A stretch of DNA of 42,220 nt from an uncultured virus (IMG/VR IMGVR_UViG_2061766007_000300) (IMGVR_UViG_2061766007_000300), one strand, 5' to 3'; positions 33,446-40,466 are shown, numbered from the stretch's first letter. Notes: generated by a model not told the origin, from the letters alone. Made by a program: numbers and translations.

Positions 33446-34933
33446 ATGAATAAGTTTACGAATGCGATTAAAGAAACTACTTCCCAGAAGCTGACGGAGA
33501 ATGGAGCCTTTGCGTATAATACTACGGAAAGTGACCTTTTGGATTTGTTTGCGGAGATTGGTGCGTTGCGCCCGAGAACTGAGGCGGAAATTACTGAAAA
33601 GTTCGAGAGAGCTTTTAAGGAAGATGCGACTCTCGCTATGCGTATGGCTTTCTATGCGCGTGACGTAAGATTCGGCGGACTCGGTGAGCGCCGGACGTTC
33701 CGTATTATCCTTAAGTGGATTTGCGAAAATTATCCGGAACTTGCTACGGCTAATATTCCGAATATTACTACTTTCGGTCGTTTCGATGACCTCTATACTT
33801 ATGTTGGTACAGAGGCAGAAGAGGCTATGTGGAAGTATATGTATACGACTCTTACAAATGACTATGAGCGTATGCTTGAGGGTAAGCCGATTTCTCTTCT
33901 TGCTAAGTGGCTGAAGTCCATTAATACCTCTAGCCGTGAATCTCGTAAGCTCGCTCGCCTTACGCTTAAGAACCTCGGCTTCCATAACGAACGCCATTAT
34001 CGTAAGGTTTTGGCTCGTATGAGGGATTACCTTAATGTAGTTGAAAATCGTATGAGCGCGCAGGAGTGGGATAAGATTAACTATTCTCAGGTTCCGGCTT
34101 ATGCGATTAAGAACTATGGTAGCGCTTTTGCAAAGCATGATTACGAGCGGTGGAACCAGTACCTTAAGGACTTGCAGAAGGGTACTACTAAGGTTAATGC
34201 GAGTACTTTGTATCCGTATGATTTGGTTCACCAGTATATGGATAAGTACTATGGTGATAGCTATGGTCCTAATACTCTTACCGAAGCCCAGTGGAAGGCT
34301 CTACCGGATTATGTGGGTGATGGTGCTAATGTAATGGTTATGGCTGATGTTAGCGGTTCGATGATGGGGCGTCCGATGGAAACTTCGATTGGTCTTGCGG
34401 CGTACTTCGCGCAGCGTAACCATGGTCCGTTTGCGGGTCTTTTCCTTACGTTTACCGACATTCCTCGGTACATCCATGTGCGGAGTGATGATAAGCTCTA
34501 TACTATGATTAATAAGATTCGTCAGAACGTCGGTTATAATACCAATTTGGATAAGGCTTTTAATCTTATTTTGGATACGGCTCTTAATAATCACGTTCCT
34601 CAAGAGGACTTACCTCGCGCGCTTGTAGTTGTCTCTGATATGGAGATTGACTCCTATGTGAGATACCATGGGTTAGATTTCGTTAAGACTTGGAGAGAGC
34701 GGTTTAAGGCGTATGGGTATGAGCTTCCTCAGCTTGTACTCTGGAATGTGGAGGCGCGCAACGATACGTTCCTTACGAAGATGGCGACTAAGGGAGTTAC
34801 TTTCCTTTCTGGTCAGAGTGCATCTACGTTCAGAAGCCTTATCGATACGTTGAACTGTAAGAGTGCGTATGAGGCAATGGTGAAGGTTCTTATGAACCCC
34901 GCCTATGACGTAGTAGTTACTAAGGTAGCATAA
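33446..34933 (+). CDS. DUF2828-family, TROVE/Ro60-like protein with C-terminal vWA domain
   Basis: TENGA, ARDVRFGGLGER, GRFDDL, LLAKWL, LYPYDLV, MIDAS DVSGSM, SDME; no in-frame TAG. Confidence 0.85.
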   Translation: MNKFTNAIKETTSQKLTENGAFAYNTTESDLLDLFAEIGALRPRTEAEITEKFERAFKEDATLAMRMAFYARDVRFGGLGERRTFRIILKWICENYPELATANIPNITTFGRFDDLYTYVGTEAEEAMWKYMYTTLTNDYERMLEGKPISLLAKWLKSINTSSRESRKLARLTLKNLGFHNERHYRKVLARMRDYLNVVENRMSAQEWDKINYSQVPAYAIKNYGSAFAKHDYERWNQYLKDLQKGTTKVNASTLYPYDLVHQYMDKYYGDSYGPNTLTEAQWKALPDYVGDGANVMVMADVSGSMMGRPMETSIGLAAYFAQRNHGPFAGLFLTFTDIPRYIHVRSDDKLYTMINKIRQNVGYNTNLDKAFNLILDTALNNHVPQEDLPRALVVVSDMEIDSYVRYHGLDFVKTWRERFKAYGYELPQLVLWNVEARNDTFLTKMATKGVTFLSGQSASTFRSLIDTLNCKSAYEAMVKVLMNPAYDVVVTKVA

Positions 34934-34938
34934 GTTAT

Positions 34939-35136
34939 ATGAAAAATCTTATTGTTCTCCATGAAGATTTTGGTAAAGAGGAGCCAATAACTTTATATAT
35001 TGACCCCTCTTTTGTAACTTATGTAAGAAAGGCTATTTTAAACGATAATACTTATATTCATTTTTCGGATGGCCATTCAATAACAGTAACGGAAAATATT
35101 AATTACGTTTATCAAAAAATTTGGGAAATTAATTAA
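34939..35136 (+). CDS. Small hypothetical protein
   Basis: 65-aa ORF in the same operon. Confidence 0.6.
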   Translation: MKNLIVLHEDFGKEEPITLYIDPSFVTYVRKAILNDNTYIHFSDGHSITVTENINYVYQKIWEIN

Positions 35137-35137
35137 T

Positions 35138-35302
35138 ATGGAAGATAAGTCTTATACTTTTTCTAATTGGGAACGAAAATTTATTAGAGATATGGTTAAT
35201 TATTTAAGGAAAAATGGAGTCCTTATTTATGACGAAAGTAATCGATATAGGGGCGCGGAGGCTATTTTGGCGGAAGTGCGCGCGAAATTTGAAAATTCTT
35301 AA
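35138..35302 (+). CDS. Small hypothetical protein
   Basis: 55 codons immediately after the previous stop. Confidence 0.5.
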   Translation: MEDKSYTFSNWERKFIRDMVNYLRKNGVLIYDESNRYRGAEAILAEVRAKFENS

Positions 35303-35317
35303 ATTTTATGATATAAT
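35289..35317 (+). promoter_or_regulatory. Sigma70-type early promoter
   Basis: TTGAAA-17-TATAAT with extended TG. Confidence 0.8.
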
Positions 35318-35348
35318 TATATTATAAGATTAAGAAAGGAATTAAAAT

Positions 35349-35657
35349 ATGGCAAATAAGCGAGCAACTTATAAAGTAGAGTTTAGTTTCGATGGATTGT
35401 CCCTTGCGGAGCAGGATAGACTTTATAGAGTCCTTGGAAGTGTTCTTTCCCAGGATTTGAAAGACCATATGAATATTAAGGTTACGGATTTGATTGGTGG
35501 CATGCATGATATTTTTTCTAATAAAGGTGTGCGGCCAGATGGTATTATTTGTGATAATTGTCCGTATGTAGATTGCGCGGACTGTAAACTTTGGAAGAAA
35601 GTAGTAGAACTAAATAAAGAGAAAGAAGAGAAGGAGAAGAATAGTTCTAATGGATAA
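35349..35657 (+). CDS. Hypothetical protein with a CxxCxxxxCxxC motif
   Basis: 102-aa ORF, AAGGA RBS. Confidence 0.7.
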   Translation: MANKRATYKVEFSFDGLSLAEQDRLYRVLGSVLSQDLKDHMNIKVTDLIGGMHDIFSNKGVRPDGIICDNCPYVDCADCKLWKKVVELNKEKEEKEKNSSNG

Positions 35658-36156
35658 TAGTTCTTATCGTTATAATGTTGACCCTGAGAAGGGTGTTACG
35701 GCTTGTATCGTAAAGCATAGAGACTTTGAAGAACTCGTTGAGGATTATGCGCTAAATAAGGTTTTTCGTATTATTGCGAATAATAAGGCGCGCCGTATTG
35801 GTTTGAATAACTTGGCACATAGTGTACTTAATAATTATGTTAAGCCTGCTATTGAGAAGGCCATTGGTGGCGGTGACGCGCATACTCTTGCTCGTTGCAA
35901 TTATGAGAAGGAAGAGGTTTTTGATGAAGAGTATGGTATGCTGTTGGCGGCCCGTCGTATGGATTTGCTGGTTGCTCGGACGGCATTGAGCGTACTGGAT
36001 ACGTGGCTTCAGGATATTGAGTTTATTGAAACCGCTATTGGTGAGCGTGGATATAATATTGAGAATTATATGTTCGCGCTGAAGCGAGATTTGAAGGAAC
36101 TTACTATGGACCCCGTAGAAGAAGAAGTTTCTGATTGCGGAAGTTGTGAGATTTAA
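35650..36156 (+). CDS. Hypothetical phage protein
   Basis: 168 aa; ARC...FDEEYG.LLA..R motif. Confidence 0.75.
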   Translation: MDNSSYRYNVDPEKGVTACIVKHRDFEELVEDYALNKVFRIIANNKARRIGLNNLAHSVLNNYVKPAIEKAIGGGDAHTLARCNYEKEEVFDEEYGMLLAARRMDLLVARTALSVLDTWLQDIEFIETAIGERGYNIENYMFALKRDLKELTMDPVEEEVSDCGSCEI

Positions 36157-36199
36157 ATAAAATTTTAGAGCGGCCGCCCTCTAAGTAGGCGGCATATAT

Positions 36200-36334
36200 G
36201 GGGGCGTGGTGGAATCGGCAGACACAACGGACTTAACGGTATGAGGCAAACCGTAGTAGGGTTATCACCTACCATATCGACCAAATCCGTTTTGCTTTAC
36301 GCGAGTGTGGGTTCAAGTCCCACCGCCCCTACCA
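36200..36334 (+). tRNA. tRNA-Leu(UAA) interrupted by a 47-nt tRNA-like insert (36237-36283)
   Basis: Class II cloverleaf, anticodon stem ACGGA/TCCGT, loop CTTAA|AA after removal, GTTCAAGT T-loop, ACCA end. Confidence 0.85.
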
Positions 36335-36505
36335 TTTAATTTGGATACGCATAGGCTTGGGTAAGAGGACCCTATAAGTAGTTGATAGTGGAACAATAAC
36401 CTATACGTAATATCACTAGTTCGAATTTTAAAATTCGTACCATTTTTTTATATTCGTATTATAATTAATTTACTTATAATTAGAGAAAATAAAGGAGAAT
36501 TTTTT

Positions 36506-37486
36506 ATGATAGGAATATATAAAATAACAAATAAAGTTAATGGAAAAAGTTATATTGGTTAGTCTGTTGATATAATGGATAGATGGAAATCTCATAGAAA
36601 TAAACCATTTAACTAGAATAGTAAAGATTATGACTCTCTTTTTTATAGGGCAATTCGTAAATATGGGTTAGAAAATTTTGACTTTGAAATAATAGAAGAA
36701 TGTAAAAAAGAAGAATTAAATGAAAAAGAAAGATATTGGATAAAATTTTATCATACCTATGCTGGTGATATTGATAATAACGGTTACAATTTAACTTTGG
36801 GTGGAGAAACAAATGCAGTAACGCAGCAATAGATAGATAATGCAGAAGAAATAAAACAATTATTATTAACTACTCAAATAACTTAGGTAGAAATAGGTAA
36901 AAAATTTGGCTTAAGTCATGCTTCAGTTAGTTATATTAATAATGGAAGAGCTTGGCATGATGATAATTTAATTTATCCATTGAGAGAGCCCGTTGGAGTT
37001 ACTCCTAAGGAAATTAGAGAAAAAGAATGTTTTTGTGTTGATTGTGGAAAATAGATAACTAATAAAGCTAAACGTTGTTATGAATGTAATTTATTATATT
37101 TAAAAGAAAAGAACCGAAAATAGCCTCCGGTCACAAGGGATGAATTAGAAAAACTTCTTTTACAAAATAATGGTAATTTTGTAGAAGTAGGTAAAGTTTT
37201 TAATTTAACAGATAATGCTATTCGTAAATGGTGTGACAAGTTCGGTCTATCAAGACATTCTAATGATTATAAAGAGAAAAAAGAAAAACCTAAGAAATCT
37301 TTTGAAATTAAAAAAGTTATAATGTTAGATATTAACACCGGAGAAGAGTTAAAAGAATTTGCTAATTCAGAATAGGCAGGCGCGTATCTAGGAAAAACTT
37401 CTGGCACGCATATTCGAGAAGCGGCCGCAGGAAAAAGAAAAACTGCATATGGATATAAATGGAAATTTAAAAATGTGGCGGAGTAA
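36506..37486 (+). CDS. GIY-YIG homing endonuclease with NUMOD-like C-terminus, code 15
   Basis: MIGIYKITNKVNGKSYIG(Q)S; GYNLTLGG; TAYGYKWKF; 327 codons; late motif at 36471. Confidence 0.88.
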
Positions 37487-37551
37487 CTCAAAAGGAGAGT
37501 GCCATCTTTACACGGTGGAAGTTGAGATTGCAAAATTCTCCTCCGCTACCA
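37477..37551 (+). tRNA. tRNA-Val(UAC)
   Basis: CCATC-TTTACAC-GGTGG anticodon arm; ACCA end; atypical T-loop. Confidence 0.82.
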
Positions 37552-37644
37552 GGGGAGCGAGAGAAGCTAGCTTATTAGTACCATATGCTACGATAAGTTG
37601 GTGAAACAATAGTCTAGATGATATCTCGTAAGAACTCCCTACCA
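37552..37644 (+). ncRNA. CCA-terminated structured RNA that is not a cloverleaf
   Basis: GGGGAG/CTCCCT-ACCA acceptor-like stem; CGAGA/TCTCG and CTTAT/ATAAG inner stems. Confidence 0.55.
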
Positions 37645-37645
37645 A

Positions 37646-37719
37646 TGGGACCTAGTATAAAGGTAGTACTTCTGTCTCCAAAACAGAAAGTCTCCGTTCG
37701 AGTCGGAGGGTTCCGGCCA
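37646..37719 (+). tRNA. tRNA-Trp(CCA)
   Basis: TCTGT-CTCCAAA-ACAGA; TTCGAGT T-loop; GCCA end. Confidence 0.9.
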
Positions 37720-37727
37720 TTAATTTT

Positions 37728-37836
37728 TAGACGCGTGAACAGCGAATTTAGGATGAATAGCTTAACGGTTTAAGCATCTATTATTTAATAGAAGACTGTC
37801 GGTTCAAATCCGGCTTTACCCGCACATTTGCGTCTA
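37728..37836 (+). ncRNA. Y-RNA-like element enclosing a degenerate tRNA cloverleaf
   Basis: TAGACGCG/TGCGTCTA closing stem, ACAGCGAAT motif, inner D arm and GGTTCAAATCC T arm, 6-nt anticodon loop, no CCA. Confidence 0.65.
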
Positions 37837-37854
37837 GTATATAAGGAGAATTCT

Positions 37855-38031
37855 ATGGAAAGTAATAATATAGAATTTGTAAATTTAAATCTTTATTACG
37901 AAAAACTTAAAGAGTGCGAGTAGTGCGCGCTCTTTTATTTAGAATGTAGAGGGCCTACGGTTATAGAACCATTTTGCCCTAAACAGAATGGATTTATTCC
38001 TATATAGGGAGTAATAGAATAGGGATTTTAA
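37855..38031 (+). CDS. Small Cys-containing hypothetical protein, code 15
   Basis: AAGGAG RBS; 59 codons. Confidence 0.5.
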
Positions 38032-38050
38032 AATTTAGGATTTTTAAATC

Positions 38051-38079
38051 TTGAAATTTTTTTAAAATTCTGATATAAT
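38051..38079 (+). promoter_or_regulatory. Sigma70-type early promoter
   Basis: TTGAAA-17-TATAAT with extended TG. Confidence 0.82.
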
Positions 38080-38109
38080 ATTTATAGAAAGTTAAGAGAA
38101 AAACTTTTT

Positions 38110-38316
38110 GAGCTGGCCAGCACCGCGCTGCAGAAAGCTCGTTAAACACGGGGCTGCGGTAAAGCGTTAACACGAGGTTTTATGGTTTGAACTAGGGTAT
38201 TTTACCCCATGCGGAAAACGCTATAGAAAGAAGCGAAGGGAAACCATAAACTGGATACAGACCCAGTATAAAAAGGTGTCGCGCTAATAGACCGCAAGTT
38301 CGCAATAGTCTATTAC
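38110..38316 (+). ncRNA. Unassigned GC-rich structured RNA
   Basis: Follows a promoter, no credible ORF; stems GAGCT/AGCTC, TTTATGGTTT/AAACCATAAA, TAATAGAC/GTCTATTA. Confidence 0.5.
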
Positions 38317-38318
38317 TT

Positions 38319-38481
38319 GGGAATGTAGCTCAGCCCGGTAGAGCCCGCGCCTGTAGTAAATTGGTGTAATAGCGCACATTGGGGCCGGTGATTCGTTCAC
38401 AGTCCCGAAGGAACAAGTGCAATTCTTGTATTTACTTCCATAAGCGCGTTGTCGTAGGATCGAAGCCTACCGTTCCCGCCA
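38319..38481 (+). tRNA. tRNA-Asn(GUU) interrupted by an 86-nt nested tRNA-like insert (38355-38440)
   Basis: GGGAATG/CGTTCCC-G-CCA; stem CGCGC/GCGCG; loop CTGT|TAA after removal; G73 fits Asn. Confidence 0.8.
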
Positions 38482-38549
38482 TAGGGCGCTCGCATTTATT
38501 GGTCTCTTTGATTTGCGCCCATTCATAAAAGAGCAAATGTAGACCACAA

Positions 38550-38673
38550 TAGATACGTACAGCAAATATATTCATTCGATCTGCAAAATCGCGTGTCGTG
38601 GGTTCAAATCCCATCGGAACTTTCGAGTTCTGTAACTCAGTCTGGTAGAGTAGTATATGAAAAAACGTATCTA
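38550..38673 (+). ncRNA. YrlA/Y-RNA-like RNA containing a circularly permuted tRNA (GCA anticodon-like arm)
   Basis: TAGATACG/CGTATCTA stem, ACAGCAAAT; order anticodon arm, T arm, acceptor stem closed by TTCG, D arm. Confidence 0.75.
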
Positions 38674-38808
38674 GAAAATTTTATAGGGAGTAGAGTAACG
38701 GCACCCCTAATTAATAGACTTATCACCTATTTAATTAAAGGCTCTAATATTATAAGTAGTATGGAGTGATAACCAGAACAATGTAATATTATCCATACCG
38801 TGAAACCT

Positions 38809-38886
38809 CGGGATGTAGGGTAAGAGGCAACCCGCCTGTTTTGGGGACAGGAGATTTTGCTACTTCGAGTGTAGTCGTCCCGACCA
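38809..38886 (+). tRNA. tRNA-Pro(UGG)
   Basis: CGGGATG/CGTCCCG-ACCA; CCTGT-TTTGGGG-ACAGG. Confidence 0.9.
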
Positions 38887-38979
38887 ATTTGGAACCCAAG
38901 ACTATAATTATGACTAAATTATTATAGTCTATTTTATTATTTTTTACTTATAATTAGAGAAAAATAAAGGAGAAAAATT

Positions 38980-39561
38980 ATGAGTAAAAAATTAACTAAT
39001 GAAGAAGTATAGTTACGTATAAAGGAATATTTTTTATAGGATGTGAAATTAGTTTCTGATTATAAAAATAATAAAACTAATATAAGATTACATTGTAACG
39101 AGTGTGGATACGAATGGGAAACGAGGCCGACTTAGGTGATTTATCCAGATTATGAACACTCTTGTCCTAATTGCAAGTTTGAAAGTACTGGGATAATAGT
39201 AACTTGTGCTTATTGTGGAAAAGAAATAAGAAGAACTAACCACGCAATAAATAAAAATTAGAGCGGTTATTATTATTGTAGTCGTGAATGTGGTAATCGA
39301 CATAAAAATATGCTTCGTAAGCAAAGTGGTGAATGGGACCAGTCTTTAAATTATCGACTACGCGCATTTGAAAATTTAGAACACAGGTGCGTTGTTTGTG
39401 GATGGGATGAGGATGAAAGAATTTTGGAAGTCCATCATAAAGATGAGGATAGAGCTAATAATGATTTATCTAATTTAGTAATTTTATGTCCGACCTGTCA
39501 TAGAAAAATTACTTTAGGTTATTATTTGTTAACTGAAGATTATCAGTTAATAGAGAAATAA
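38980..39561 (+). CDS. HNH endonuclease with N-terminal Zn ribbons, code 15
   Basis: 194 codons; CVVCG...LEVHHKD..RANN...NLVILCPTCH; late motif at 38945. Confidence 0.85.
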
Positions 39562-39573
39562 AGGATAAAATTT

Positions 39574-40020
39574 ATGCCTCAATCAAAAATAAATGTTAAA
39601 GAACTTAGAAAATTAAAAGGAACTAAATGTTGTAATTGTGGTGATGAATGCGGTGATAATATTATTTTTCATCATATTATACCTATAAGTATAGGTGGGA
39701 ATGATATTGAAAGTAATATTGTACCATTATGTACTTTATGCCATAATTTATTACATGGAATTAGCAAAGATGGAAAAATTTCTCATTCAGAATTAACCAA
39801 AAGAGGAATTGAACGTGCAAGAGCCGAAGGAAAACAGATTGGTGGCGTTAAGGGTTCAACTTATAATGTGAAGAAAAAGGAAAAAGCTATAGAAATAATT
39901 AAAAAATATTCTATTACTTTTGGTGGTCCTTTAAATAATTTAGAATGTATGCAAATGGCAGACATTTCTAACGGAACTTTTTATAAATATCTTAGAGAAT
40001 TAAAAAAGGATTAGAAATAA
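39574..40020 (+). CDS. HNH endonuclease with resolvase-like C-terminal HTH
   Basis: HHIIPISIGG...NIVPLCTLCHNLLH; TKRGIERARAEGK; ends at TAA after TAG readthrough. Confidence 0.82.
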
Positions 40021-40080
40021 TCGTACTAAAAACTCCTAAACCTTTGCGGGTAGTATAGGCTAAATCCGCCTCCTTTTTAT

Positions 40081-40156
40081 GCGCCCGTAGCTCAGTGGAT
40101 AGAGCAAGGGCCTTCTAAGCCCTGTGTCGTGCGTTCGAGTCGCACCGGGCGTGCCA
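40081..40156 (+). tRNA. tRNA-Arg(UCU)
   Basis: Canonical cloverleaf, AGGGC-CTTCTAA-GCCCT, GCCA end. Confidence 0.95.
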
Positions 40157-40188
40157 ACGTATTAAAAGAAAGGATATAGGATATTTAT

Positions 40189-40275
40189 GGGTAGATATGC
40201 CTAGTAGCGAGGGCCCGTGACTGTAAATCACGTACACAAGAAACATCGATGGTGCAATTCCATCTCTGCCCACCA
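40189..40275 (+). tRNA. tRNA-Tyr(GUA)
   Basis: CGTGA-CTGTAAA-TCACG, long variable arm, ACCA end. Confidence 0.9.
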
Positions 40276-40344
40276 TTAGTAAATAGTAAACTAAAAAGTG
40301 TCTGAACAAAAGCCAAATAGAGTGAGGTTTATTATTTACTCTTT

Positions 40345-40415
40345 CCGCTATTCGTATAACAGTAGTACGTCAGGCCTCCAACCTGAGAGCGCGAGGGCGG
40401 CACTCGCATGGCGGT
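40345..40415 (+). tRNA. Atypical tRNA-Gly(UCC) lacking encoded CCA
   Basis: CCGCTAT/ATGGCGG-T; TCAGG-CCTCCAA-CCTGA; C33 and T-loop GGCGGCA are non-canonical. Confidence 0.65.
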
Positions 40416-40416
40416 C

Positions 40417-40466
40417 GGTTACAAGAACCAGCCTTCTCGTGGCGTAACTGTTTTAACTAATGGTTC
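40417..40466 (+). ncRNA. Minimal HDV-like (theta) ribozyme
   Basis: P1 GGTTAC/GTAACT with G1-U wobble, P2 GAACCA/TGGTTC, P3 GCC/GGC, L3 TTCTCGT, C-TAA before P2'. Confidence 0.78.

Noticed and set aside
33335..34231. 298-aa minus-strand ORF and similar antisense ORFs (1516..1893, 17523..18143, 23233..23604, 29398..29865)
   Set aside because: Shadow frames opposite well-supported genes, with no RBS or recognisable motifs
36237..36283. Group I intron in tRNA-Leu(UAA) as in cyanobacteria
   Set aside because: Only 47 nt, no catalytic core, and does not end in G
37751..37821. Amber or ochre suppressor tRNA
   Set aside because: The anticodon loop is 6 nt with no readable CUA, and there is no CCA; no suppressor tRNA was found in the window
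38319..38481. tRNA-Met/Ile2(CAU) with an intron at 33/34
   Set aside because: Removing 38353-38438 also gives a 7-nt loop, but it cuts through the inner CCA, and the G73 discriminator fits Asn rather than Met or Ile
40023..40075. Second theta ribozyme before tRNA-Arg
   Set aside because: P1- and P3-like pairings exist but no P2 partner in the correct order, and it lies 5' of the tRNA
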